From positions 1 through 44,364 of the IMG/VR virus record IMGVR_UViG_3300027697_000033: DNA of 44,364 bases. One strand, written 5' to 3'. Source of the stretch: a virus (Duplodnaviria; Caudoviricetes). Made by a program: the position numbers and the translations under genes. Numbering within the stretch: the first letter of the stretch is position 1; every line of letters begins with the position of its first letter. A model generated the notes under the pieces. It did not search any database, was not told the DNA's origin, and saw only the letters and a list, made by a program, of their open reading frames with translations. Positions 20,159 to 27,898 of the stretch are shown piece by piece.

Positions 20159-20416
20159 CTATGCGTCGTACATAACACCATGATGTTTTAAAGCGTGTTG
20201 CATTGCAATGGCTTGTAAAAAATCTTGACGACATTCGTAATCATACAACATTTCTGGATCTTCTGCAACTGCTTCCAAAACTTCTTCAATGTTGTATCTT
20301 AATTGTAACACCGATTCTCTGTTTTTGCCACCGGCTAAACCGTCAAAATCTTTAATAAATTTTTCAATTACAAATTCAGGAATATCAAATTCGGCATCAT
20401 AAAATTTTAATAACAT
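20159..20416 (-). CDS. Hypothetical protein
   Basis: 85 aa; AAAGG RBS; in operon. Confidence 0.75.
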   Translation of the reverse strand: MLLKFYDAEFDIPEFVIEKFIKDFDGLAGGKNRESVLQLRYNIEEVLEAVAEDPEMLYDYECRQDFLQAIAMQHALKHHGVMYDA

Positions 20417-20430
20417 ATTTGCCTTTCTTG

Positions 20431-20574
20431 TTATTTTGCTACCATTACTAATCCTACGTTACCGAGTGCGTACCCGATAAACATAATGCCAGTGCCGACG
20501 CCACCTTTCATAAACTGATCAATGGCTACTATAAAATAAACAAACCCCATTGCAGCTATTAGCCATGTGCTCAT
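20431..20574 (-). CDS. Small two-TM membrane protein (47 aa, not in ORF track)
   Basis: Hand translation MSTWLIAAMGFVYFIVAIDQFMKGGVGTGIMFIGYALGNVGLVMVAK; ATGA overlap with upstream gene. Confidence 0.7.
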   Translation of the reverse strand: MSTWLIAAMGFVYFIVAIDQFMKGGVGTGIMFIGYALGNVGLVMVAK

Positions 20575-21704
20575 TGGAAGTCCTCTTTAGCAGTTTCTTT
20601 TGCTCTGACTAATTTAGGAGCTCCTTCAGGGCGTTGAACCAAACCGCCAAGCCACGCCATAACCTGTCCTTTAGCGCCTAGTTTTTCCAATGAGGCAATT
20701 GATTTTATTTTACGTGGCTCCCATATTTGTTCTTCTGGTACACCCTTTTCTTTTAAAATCTCAGCGGCTAGTTGAGAATCAGCAATTTTACGATGCGTAA
20801 TTGTTGTCCCTAATTCAAAACCCTTTGGTATTACATTTTCTGTAACCGCTCTTTCCAAAGCAAACTCTTCTACATCGTTAACCCAAGTGCGTAGGTTCTG
20901 AGCTTTTACTAAAACGTCGCTTACTTCTTCTTGGCTGAGGAGCGGGGGCGCCCTGAACTCGAGCTTTGCGAGCTCGTTGTTGAAGTCCGAGCGGGCGCGG
21001 CATTGCGCTTTGGCTTTGCAGAACTGGCACCATTCGCCTGGGAGGAAGTCGCCTGAGCCACTCCATGCTTTTTTGGCTTTTGGTTTGACGAAGTACTGCG
21101 CCCAGTCGACGAGTTTCGTGATGGTTGTGCCGTCTGTTGAGATGCTTTCGAGGCGCGGTTGGTGGATTGTGTAGCTGACTTCTTTGATGTCCGGGTATTC
21201 GTCTTTGAACTTGGAGTACGCACCGAGGGCGTAGAGTCTGAGCTGTGTGTTGTCTTGCGCTGAGACTGGGATGCCTTTTCCAAACTTGAGGTCGATGACC
21301 CGAATGGAGTGCTGAGAAAGTATAACCACATCGGCTGTACCAAAGCCATCAGGAACCCAGTCAGAGAAGTCCACACGTTGCTCAAAAAGCGGCGTGTCCG
21401 ACTCCCCGATTTGGCTACGCACGTAGAGTACGTAATTATCCACGTAATCAGCGAGTTCGTCGGTGAAATATTTGTTTCTTTGTATTTCTTGCAGATCTTG
21501 TTCATATTGCTCCTGTGTGATTTGTGTGTAGTGCAAGCGCAATTTGATTTCTGCCAGGGAATGGGCAAGAGTGCCTTCCGCTGAAAAATCAAATGACCCT
21601 GATGGTTTTTTAGGTTCTGGGAGTGTTGCTTCAAGTCTAGCACTGGGCGTGCAAGAAATCCATCTTTTAGATGATGAAGCGGATAGTATAGCGTGTGCAG
21701 TCAT
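20571..21704 (-). CDS. Cas4-like PD-(D/E)xK exonuclease (DUF2800)
   Basis: HAILSASSSKRWISC, EGTLAH, GFGTAD, IDLKFG, QLRLYALG, CQFC...C. Confidence 0.9.
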   Translation of the reverse strand: MTAHAILSASSSKRWISCTPSARLEATLPEPKKPSGSFDFSAEGTLAHSLAEIKLRLHYTQITQEQYEQDLQEIQRNKYFTDELADYVDNYVLYVRSQIGESDTPLFEQRVDFSDWVPDGFGTADVVILSQHSIRVIDLKFGKGIPVSAQDNTQLRLYALGAYSKFKDEYPDIKEVSYTIHQPRLESISTDGTTITKLVDWAQYFVKPKAKKAWSGSGDFLPGEWCQFCKAKAQCRARSDFNNELAKLEFRAPPLLSQEEVSDVLVKAQNLRTWVNDVEEFALERAVTENVIPKGFELGTTITHRKIADSQLAAEILKEKGVPEEQIWEPRKIKSIASLEKLGAKGQVMAWLGGLVQRPEGAPKLVRAKETAKEDFQ

Positions 21705-21734
21705 ATTAGCCTTTTTAGTCAGATTAGTGTATAT

Positions 21735-21763
21735 ATACTAATGCAAAAAATGGGACCTGTCAA
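21735..21763 (-). promoter_or_regulatory. Promoter TTGACA-N17-TAGTAT containing the TTTGCATTAGTA motif
   Basis: TGTCAA at 21758-21763 and TACTAATGCAAA at 21736-21747 on the + strand. Confidence 0.75.
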
Positions 21764-21774
21764 GTCCCATTTTG
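21745..21774 (-). terminator. Intrinsic (possibly bidirectional) terminator
   Basis: AAAATGGGAC-loop-GTCCCATTTT. Confidence 0.7.
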
Positions 21775-21788
21775 ACTAAATATCTTTT

Positions 21789-22178
21789 TTATGACTTTAG
21801 GGCGGAAATTAGGTTAGCTATCTCTTTGTTAAAATCGACTACAACTTCCGCTTTAAGATCTACTTTGGTATCGCGGGTTTCGCGATAGTCTTGCTGGAAC
21901 TGGCCTCTGAGGGCAATCTCGGCTAGACGGCTATTATAGTTCTTATTGTCCACATTGGCTAGGAGTTCCCGTTCCCAAAAGGCTTGGGCATGGACTAGGG
22001 AAAGATCTAAGGCTTCGGCAAACTCTGGATACTTCTTTTTCCAGGCTTCTGCCGTTCCTTTTGATATGCCCAATTCGGACCATATCATTTTTTGCGATGC
22101 GCCCAGCTTACCTAGTTCGATCATACGATCGCACATGTCTGGGTCATACTTAGATTGGGGGTGTTTTTTGGTTGCCAT
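21789..22178 (-). CDS. Terminase small subunit-like HTH protein
   Basis: SKYDPDMC...LGISKGT..AWKKKYPEFAEAL...QAFWE pattern of P22 gp3-like TerS. Confidence 0.7.
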   Translation of the reverse strand: MATKKHPQSKYDPDMCDRMIELGKLGASQKMIWSELGISKGTAEAWKKKYPEFAEALDLSLVHAQAFWERELLANVDNKNYNSRLAEIALRGQFQQDYRETRDTKVDLKAEVVVDFNKEIANLISALKS

Positions 22179-22360
22179 TATTTTTTAGCTGTCTTTGCAG
22201 ACTGAACAAATGCGTCCTTGGTTGGTGCGCCTTTGGCACCGGGTTTACGCATCTTCTCACCGGAGCCGGCTTTGATGCGCTCTCGTTTGGCGTGGATGTT
22301 GGCATAAAGGCCGACTGGGCCGCCAGATTTCATTTTGGGAAGGCACTTAAAATCATCCAT
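22178..22360 (-). CDS. Small basic phage protein (GLYANIHAKRERIKAGSGEKMRKPG)
   Basis: 60 aa, very basic; N-terminus resembles that of 791..1960. Confidence 0.8.
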   Translation of the reverse strand: MDDFKCLPKMKSGGPVGLYANIHAKRERIKAGSGEKMRKPGAKGAPTKDAFVQSAKTAKK

Positions 22361-22463
22361 AAATTAACCCATAAGTTATACACCACAGCTCCAATAGTAA
22401 CTTATAAGTTACTAACATAGCTACTGGCACGGTTGTTAAATAAAAAATGTCTTTTGTTGTCAT
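22353..22463 (-). CDS. Small hydrophobic peptide (36 aa)
   Basis: MTTKDIFYLTTVPVAMLVTYKLLLELWCITYGLIYG; starts 6 nt after the CCA end of the RNA gene. Confidence 0.45.
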   Translation of the reverse strand: MTTKDIFYLTTVPVAMLVTYKLLLELWCITYGLIYG

Positions 22464-22468
22464 GTGTT

Positions 22469-22549
22469 TGGTGGAGTAGCACGGTACTGCCCCGTGGTCC
22501 GCTGGGTTGCATATCAGCCTTGGCCCCTCGTCGAAACTATACCTACCCC
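22469..22549 (-). ncRNA. Mini tmRNA-like RNA (tRNA-like domain only, Ala identity)
   Basis: GGGGTAG/CTACTCC acceptor stem with G3:U70, ACCA end, stemless D-loop ending TTCGAC, GGAC then T-arm CACGG-GGCAGTA-CCGTG; 81 nt. Confidence 0.8.
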
Positions 22550-22554
22550 ATTGT

Positions 22555-22600
22555 AAAAAAGTCGCGACTTTTTTGTAAATTGGTTCAAAAAAGTCGCAAC
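22555..22600. repeat. 20-bp perfect palindrome plus partial copy upstream of the RNA gene
   Basis: AAAAAAGTCGCGACTTTTTT (22555-22574) and AAAAAAGTCGCAAC (22587-22600). Confidence 0.8.
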
Positions 22601-22605
22601 CGATA

Positions 22606-22863
22606 CTAAAATACTGCAGTGATACGGTTAAAGCGCTTGACGCCGTCAACCAATTGAGCCTCAATTGTGGTGCTGATAAACTTGTTCATCTCAATTGCGT
22701 TGTCAATGATTTCGTGCATTGTGGGGAACTGGGGCGCTTGCTCAAGCAGTTTTTTACCAGCTTCGTCAGCTACTTCCCAGGCTTTTAGCTGGGCGTTGTA
22801 CTGCTCGGTTAAGAACTCCTTGGAGGTCTTGAGTAAGTCATAGCGTAATTCAAATGGATTCAT
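22606..22863 (-). CDS. Conserved hypothetical phage protein (NPFELRYDLLK...FPT..EII..A)
   Basis: Strong AGGAG RBS; first gene after a late-type promoter. Confidence 0.8.
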   Translation of the reverse strand: MNPFELRYDLLKTSKEFLTEQYNAQLKAWEVADEAGKKLLEQAPQFPTMHEIIDNAIEMNKFISTTIEAQLVDGVKRFNRITAVF

Positions 22864-22936
22864 ATAATTCTCCTGTGTTTGTGTATGTAAAATGGGGGTT
22901 CCGGGCGCCTCCCGGCGAGACGTACTACCCTATACT

Positions 22937-22967
22937 TACTAATGCAAAATCTACTGCTTTTCCGCCC
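22937..22967 (-). promoter_or_regulatory. Putative phage late promoter GGGCG-N14-TTTGCATTAGTA
   Basis: CGCCC at 22963-22967 and TACTAATGCAAA at 22937-22948 on the + strand. Confidence 0.75.
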
Positions 22968-23163
22968 CATTTGGTTTAATTAGGAGTTTATCGCGCTCTT
23001 CAGCGCGAGCCTTGGCCTCCCTAAGTGACTCATTGATAATGAGTCGGGTTACTGCTCCAGCCATTTCCTGGATCTGTTTCTCCTTGGCTGCTTCTTTGTC
23101 CTCCAGCGCCTTGTCTATATCGTTACGGATACCGGCCCGGTCCAACAAATCTTTAAGTTTCAT
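22951..23163 (-). CDS. Hypothetical helical protein
   Basis: Likely start MKLKDLL at 23163; packed operon. Confidence 0.65.
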   Translation of the reverse strand: MKLKDLLDRAGIRNDIDKALEDKEAAKEKQIQEMAGAVTRLIINESLREAKARAEERDKLLIKPNGAEKQ

Positions 23164-23359
23164 CTTTTTGCGCTTTCTCAACCGCCTCTAGGTTTTTCTT
23201 TGCTTGCTCAACCTGAGGACCTGCTTGTATTTGAATTGCATTAATAATGTTAACAACTTGAATAAACGGTGACTGTGCCAACACATTTAACAGCGTGTTG
23301 ATGTCCTTTACAGAAAACTCTAGTGTCACATTAAAATCATCTAATAAATCTTTGCTCAC
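23153..23359 (-). CDS. Hypothetical protein
   Basis: 68 aa, overlapping stop/start junctions. Confidence 0.7.
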   Translation of the reverse strand: MSKDLLDDFNVTLEFSVKDINTLLNVLAQSPFIQVVNIINAIQIQAGPQVEQAKKNLEAVEKAQKDET

Positions 23360-23649
23360 TTCTTACCTTTCTTTATTTTAAGTTCTACGTCCACATCCGG
23401 CTTATATTTGTCTAGTTGCACAAAATGACCGTTTCCTACCATTTGTTCAAAGCCATCCCACAGCCGTTGGTTCTGAAGTTTTGCGGCGTACTTGATCCCG
23501 CTGATATAGTTATATACCTCATCTTCGGTCATGTGCTCGGGCTTATCTAAATACTGCCGTAAGAACTCGTCAAGGTATTCCTCAATCTGAGAACACTTTA
23601 TAATATCTTGCTCCAGGTCAAAGCGGTCGTATTCACTCCACAGATTCAT
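23356..23649 (-). CDS. Hypothetical protein (DRFDLEQDII motif)
   Basis: 97 aa, ATGA coupling. Confidence 0.75.
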   Translation of the reverse strand: MNLWSEYDRFDLEQDIIKCSQIEEYLDEFLRQYLDKPEHMTEDEVYNYISGIKYAAKLQNQRLWDGFEQMVGNGHFVQLDKYKPDVDVELKIKKGKK

Positions 23650-23885
23650 TTTTTACCTTTCTTTTTTGGTTCATCATCACGAATAGTTTCAAACAGATTT
23701 TGAAAGTCCGCAGCAATACGTTCTTGTAAATCTATTAATTGCTTTTCAACATTCCAATACGCTAGTTGCATTTCTTCTGCGCTGAGTTCTTTAATTGCAC
23801 AGTTAACTGCTTTGAACGTTGCTACCGCACTTTCTAATTCAATTGACGCATTTTCTAACTGCATTAATTCTGTCCAGTATTTCAT
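23646..23885 (-). CDS. Hypothetical helical protein
   Basis: 79 aa, ATGA coupling. Confidence 0.7.
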   Translation of the reverse strand: MKYWTELMQLENASIELESAVATFKAVNCAIKELSAEEMQLAYWNVEKQLIDLQERIAADFQNLFETIRDDEPKKKGKK

Positions 23886-24070
23886 ACATTTTTTCCTTGA
23901 TTAAATCTCATACACTGAGCGGCGGCTAGGGTTATTTCTGGTTTAAACGGCAATGTTAAAAACTGTTCTTTCATTTTAATACAATGAGTTTCTGGAACAG
24001 CTATATCGCTTGCCATGAAATCACATTTAGTTCCTATGCACATAATGGCTACAAAGATGAACTCCATCAT
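23882..24070 (-). CDS. Small four-Cys protein with hydrophobic N-terminus
   Basis: 62 aa, ATGA coupling. Confidence 0.65.
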   Translation of the reverse strand: MMEFIFVAIMCIGTKCDFMASDIAVPETHCIKMKEQFLTLPFKPEITLAAAQCMRFNQGKNV

Positions 24071-24276
24071 TGGACTCCCAATCTGCGTTCAATTTCACGA
24101 TCAATATACCAACGAGCTTTGCGCAAGTCTTCAATGGTATCGATTTTTAAATCAGCGCGCCAAATATATTTAATAGCATTACCTAAGCAAAAATTCATAT
24201 GCTCAGTAATCTGTATGCAGTCTACACCGCTGGGGTGTGCCGTATAGTGCTTAGGCTTGTTTACTGGATCGTTCAC
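24067..24276 (-). CDS. DUF3310 / T7 gp1.7-like nucleotide kinase domain protein
   Basis: DPVNKPKHY...FCLGNAIKYIWRA..K...EDLRKARWYI. Confidence 0.9.
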   Translation of the reverse strand: MNDPVNKPKHYTAHPSGVDCIQITEHMNFCLGNAIKYIWRADLKIDTIEDLRKARWYIDREIERRLGVQ

Positions 24277-24451
24277 GTCTCATCTCCCTTAAATGTTCAT
24301 GCAAAATTTTAACTTCTTCCATTGTTGAGCATTCCCAAACACCCATCAACTCCCCAAAACGTTTTTCGCTTAAATCAACGTCTTCAACACCCATAAGTGT
24401 TTCCATCATGTAACACCCGTCGTATAAGTATTCAATTACAAAATGGCTCAT
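24251..24451 (-). CDS. Hypothetical protein
   Basis: Likely start MSHFVIEY at 24451 with AGGA RBS. Confidence 0.65.
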   Translation of the reverse strand: MSHFVIEYLYDGCYMMETLMGVEDVDLSEKRFGELMGVWECSTMEEVKILHEHLREMRRERSSKQA

Positions 24452-24753
24452 AGTCCTAATTCCTTTTTGATAAACTCTACACCTTTTGAGAAATGGTAAC
24501 GCCAATGTTTTTCGGTTACATGTATTTCATTATAACTCTGTCCATTTAAAAAAGCAAGCAAAACCTCCCGTTGTTTAAACGGCATGTTGTTTTCTATCAA
24601 ATTACGGATGTCTTGGATGTCATCTGGTTCCCAGGGTAGCCAGCCTTCAATAAGTTGGGTGGATGTGCCCTCCACGTCATCTTGCTCTAATGGATCTGGG
24701 TCTTCGTCTGATAGTCTTGGAGTAACTGCTTGGATTTTATGTTTTGTTATCAT
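24448..24753 (-). CDS. Stand-alone sigma70 region 4-like protein with acidic N-terminus
   Basis: LIENNMPFKQREVLLAFLNGQSYNEI...KGVEFIKKEL resembles L..LP.RQREV....G.SY.EI; HTH turn appears about 4 aa short. Confidence 0.55.
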   Translation of the reverse strand: MITKHKIQAVTPRLSDEDPDPLEQDDVEGTSTQLIEGWLPWEPDDIQDIRNLIENNMPFKQREVLLAFLNGQSYNEIHVTEKHWRYHFSKGVEFIKKELGL

Positions 24754-25859
24754 ACTCGTGTGTCAAAAATTGCGGCTGCGTAAATGTTCCCCATACCTGC
24801 GGCTAGGCTTAAAATCTTTGGCTTGCGTTTAATCATCATGGGTTCAGACAAATAAACATCATCTTTTTGGGTACGGTTTGGAATGGCTGGCACTATACCT
24901 GATTGCAAACTATCTAATAGCAAACAGGTCTCCAACAAACCTGACGCGCCCATTGTATGTCCTATTATTTGTTTAAAGGATGTCGCAATAAACGGCGTAT
25001 GAAACAACGCCTGTAAAGCCGCTTTCTCAGACATGTTATTTGACTTAGTCCCTGTACCATGCGTTTTAACAATTTGTATCTCCTCTGTGCTTATGTTACC
25101 TGATCGTAATGCTAGGGCGGCGGCTTTTACAAAACCTTGCCCATCTTCACGTTGCCCGATTGCGTTGGTGCTTTGTTCACTAGCCACACCAGCGCTTATT
25201 AGTTTTGCTTTTGGTTTATTAACTAATACATTCTCATTCTCAAAGACGGCAAACACTGCGCCCTGACCGATGTAAAACCCGCCGTTATGGTGGTCAAACG
25301 CAGATGGTTTAATTCCTTGCTGTTCTTTATCGTATGTCAAACACGCGCCCGATTCGCCAAAGAAATGCAATACCTTGTCGTTGATAGTGTCCTCTACGCC
25401 CAACACGCACACCCGATCAAACCCTTGGTATGTCATCAGTTGGCACACGTCCGACATAACTTTGAGGCTGGATGCACAAGCGCTGGCATCGGTTGTGATC
25501 AAATCGTCCGCCCCGCACATCTGCCCGATACGACCAGCGTACACCTGCGTCAGTGTGAGTGGTAGTAGTTTGTAGTCATAGGTCAAACGGCTTTTCTTAA
25601 TAGCGTATGGGTTGATACCGGCAAAGTGTGCGTTACCAGATGCCAAGATAAAAGCAGTCTTGCCTTTGCGCTCTCTAAGTGATCTAAGTAGTTCCACATC
25701 TAACACACGGTCAGCCAGCTTGTGCGGCACGTAAACTAATCCGCTATCTTTTTTGGCAAACAATTCTGGAAACCAGAATGCTCTTTGCGGATAAGACATT
25801 TCATCGAATAAATCAGTATGGGTTGCCGCCACTGTGCGGTAGTCTGTTAAGTAGATCAT
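24750..25859 (-). CDS. Beta-ketoacyl-ACP synthase (FabB/FabF-like ketosynthase)
   Basis: Cys-His-His triad: SACASS, KTHGTGT, FKQIIGHTMGASG; divergent short N-terminus. Confidence 0.92.
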   Translation of the reverse strand: MIYLTDYRTVAATHTDLFDEMSYPQRAFWFPELFAKKDSGLVYVPHKLADRVLDVELLRSLRERKGKTAFILASGNAHFAGINPYAIKKSRLTYDYKLLPLTLTQVYAGRIGQMCGADDLITTDASACASSLKVMSDVCQLMTYQGFDRVCVLGVEDTINDKVLHFFGESGACLTYDKEQQGIKPSAFDHHNGGFYIGQGAVFAVFENENVLVNKPKAKLISAGVASEQSTNAIGQREDGQGFVKAAALALRSGNISTEEIQIVKTHGTGTKSNNMSEKAALQALFHTPFIATSFKQIIGHTMGASGLLETCLLLDSLQSGIVPAIPNRTQKDDVYLSEPMMIKRKPKILSLAAGMGNIYAAAIFDTRV

Positions 25860-26155
25860 TTTACGTTTTCAAGTGCCTCTTCTACGGTCTTTGGTGTTTG
25901 TGTGGAGTGTTTAAACATAAACTCAAATACATCGCGGATTGTGCTTTCTTCCGTGAGTTTCATTAGTTTGACGTCTTCCTCAGACACACCATAGATGTCG
26001 GACAAATAAACACCGACCATCAAGAAGTCCAGGCTATCAAGACCAGTGTCTTTAATTAATGTGTCGAGGCTTTCTATCTTTAATTCATCGGCACTCACAG
26101 GTCTTGCAACCTTTACGATGCCGTTCATAATTAGTAGCAGTTCTTGGTCTGTCAT
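25856..26155 (-). CDS. Acyl carrier protein
   Basis: Acidic 99 aa, GLDSLD phosphopantetheine Ser motif, IYGV..E, TIRDV. Confidence 0.88.
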   Translation of the reverse strand: MTDQELLLIMNGIVKVARPVSADELKIESLDTLIKDTGLDSLDFLMVGVYLSDIYGVSEEDVKLMKLTEESTIRDVFEFMFKHSTQTPKTVEEALENVK

Positions 26156-27495
26156 GCTGTTTCTTTCATGTTAAGTGATTCTAATAACGCTTCTTGTAAA
26201 CTTATTTTACCATTTAAAACTCGTATCACTTGTTCATCAATTGTTTTACTAATTGTCAAATGATGAATGATAACCGGTTTTTCCTGCCCTTGCCTGTAAA
26301 TCCGTGCGTTGGCTTGGATGTAGTTTTCTGAGCTCCATGGTAAATCAAACCACACAGTCTGTGCTGTTTCTCCAACGTTGCACTGTAGATTGAGCCCAAT
26401 ACCCCCGGACTGGGGATGGGCAAGGAGCATACGAATTTTGCCATCACGCCACGCTTGGATGTTGTCATCATCCAGCACCACTGCTTCGGGAAACTTCTCT
26501 TGGATTCTCGCAAGCGCATGCTTGAAGTGGTAGAACACGAGTGTGGGGGACGAGGACTCTTCCATGATCGACTCAAGGTATTCCAATTTAACATCGTGTA
26601 CTTTTTGCCAGCTTCCGTCTTCTGCATACACCGCGCCTGATGTGAACTGTAAGAGTTTGCCCGCCAGTGCTGCCGCTGTTGGAGCCGTGATGAGTTCACC
26701 ATTGATACTAGCGACCATGTCTTTTGTAAGTGTGTCATATTGTTTACGCTCCGCCGGGTTTATGTCTATTTTGTGATACAACTTAGTTAGTTTGGGTAGT
26801 GTCAAATAATCCTCAGCCCGCAGACTAAAACATATGTCACTAATCTTATCCTGTATCCTTTTGTCTGCCCCTGGCTGGAGCGCCCACTTATACACAACGT
26901 GTGTATGCCTGTTCATCTGCCCCGGTGTCAGGTACTTTGACCTGAACGCCGTTAAGCTCGTTTCTAATCTTTGCCCCAAATCCAAAATACCTACCTGTGA
27001 CCACAAGTCAGCCATCCCTTGAGGTGTCGGGGTCCCTGTCAGAATAATACGTCGCTCGAAGCTCTTTAAGTGTTTCTTCAAGCTCTTGAATCTTTTCGTC
27101 GAAGGATCTTTGAAGCGACTCGACTCGTCGATTATCAGATTGTTGAATTGCATCTTTGGTTGATCCAACAACCATATCAAGTTCTCGAGATTGACTACGT
27201 ACACGCTCGAAGAACTCTTCAACGCTGCTAACCGTTGACTCGGGGTGCCCAATATCTTGGCTACCTTCAGGTGTTGTAGGTGTTCCCATTTCTGTGTTTC
27301 CTGTTCCCATACTGTTTCCGCTACCCTCTTTGGCGCTACGATAAGAGTTTTCCCCTTGAGTTGCTCCGCGATAATCGTTAGCGTCGTCGCTGTCTTTCCA
27401 AGTCCAGGGGGTAGAAACAGACCCAAGTTCGGCACCGACTGCGCCCGGGATATAATCTCCTGCTGATACTGATGTAGTTGTGTTCTCTTTAGCAC
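26152..27495 (-). CDS. SNF2-like DEAD/H helicase
   Basis: PGLGKT, IIDESS, LTGTP, GIGLNLQ, QANARIYRQGQ. Confidence 0.93.
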   Translation of the reverse strand: MLKRTQLHQYQQEIISRAQSVPNLGLFLPPGLGKTATTLTIIAEQLKGKTLIVAPKRVAETVWEQETQKWEHLQHLKVAKILGTPSQRLAALKSSSSVYVVNLENLIWLLDQPKMQFNNLIIDESSRFKDPSTKRFKSLKKHLKSFERRIILTGTPTPQGMADLWSQVGILDLGQRLETSLTAFRSKYLTPGQMNRHTHVVYKWALQPGADKRIQDKISDICFSLRAEDYLTLPKLTKLYHKIDINPAERKQYDTLTKDMVASINGELITAPTAAALAGKLLQFTSGAVYAEDGSWQKVHDVKLEYLESIMEESSSPTLVFYHFKHALARIQEKFPEAVVLDDDNIQAWRDGKIRMLLAHPQSGGIGLNLQCNVGETAQTVWFDLPWSSENYIQANARIYRQGQEKPVIIHHLTISKTIDEQVIRVLNGKISLQEALLESLNMKETA

Positions 27496-27898
27496 GTCGG
27501 TTTCCTTTTGATGCGTTTTCTTTTTTAGTAAGCAAGGTTAGATTCCATGGAACGTGTAATCCGCATACATCTTTTCCTTGCAACGGTTCAATATGTTCAA
27601 CTTCATATAATTCCTCCATAAAAATTGTGGCTAGTTGTGCTCGGCGATACCATACTTCTATTTCCGGTTTTAAATGCAACTTGCCCCATTTTAACATGCG
27701 GTTTAATTTTGCAACACGATACCGACTACGTTTAGCATTTGCTTTGTCTCTATTATTTTTAGACCAGCTTGCTGAGTATTCCCGATCACAAAGTTTACAA
27801 TACGTTTTTAATTCATCTTGTCTGTATTTGTCTTTATTAAATTCGCTATAGCTTTTTAACTGTTTGCATTTTGGGCATTGCTTGTTTAATAAAATCAT
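27008..27898 (-). CDS. HNH endonuclease (homing-type) with long C-terminal extension overlapping the helicase gene
   Basis: CPKC...CKLC zinc finger; EVEHIEPLQG..VCGLHVPWNL...N..KGN. Confidence 0.8.
   Translation of the reverse strand: MILLNKQCPKCKQLKSYSEFNKDKYRQDELKTYCKLCDREYSASWSKNNRDKANAKRSRYRVAKLNRMLKWGKLHLKPEIEVWYRRAQLATIFMEELYEVEHIEPLQGKDVCGLHVPWNLTLLTKKENASKGNRRAKENTTTSVSAGDYIPGAVGAELGSVSTPWTWKDSDDANDYRGATQGENSYRSAKEGSGNSMGTGNTEMGTPTTPEGSQDIGHPESTVSSVEEFFERVRSQSRELDMVVGSTKDAIQQSDNRRVESLQRSFDEKIQELEETLKELRATYYSDRDPDTSRDG

Noticed and set aside
20571-21704. Cas4 as evidence of a CRISPR system
   Set aside because: DUF2800 nuclease in the standard nuclease-SSB-polymerase phage replication module
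22469-22549. Canonical tRNA-Ala(UGC)
   Set aside because: No D-stem, no UUCG T-loop, irregular anticodon arm lacking U33; fits a tmRNA tRNA-like domain better
22353-22664. 103-aa ORF
   Set aside because: Runs through the structured RNA gene and palindrome; only the last 36 codons look plausible
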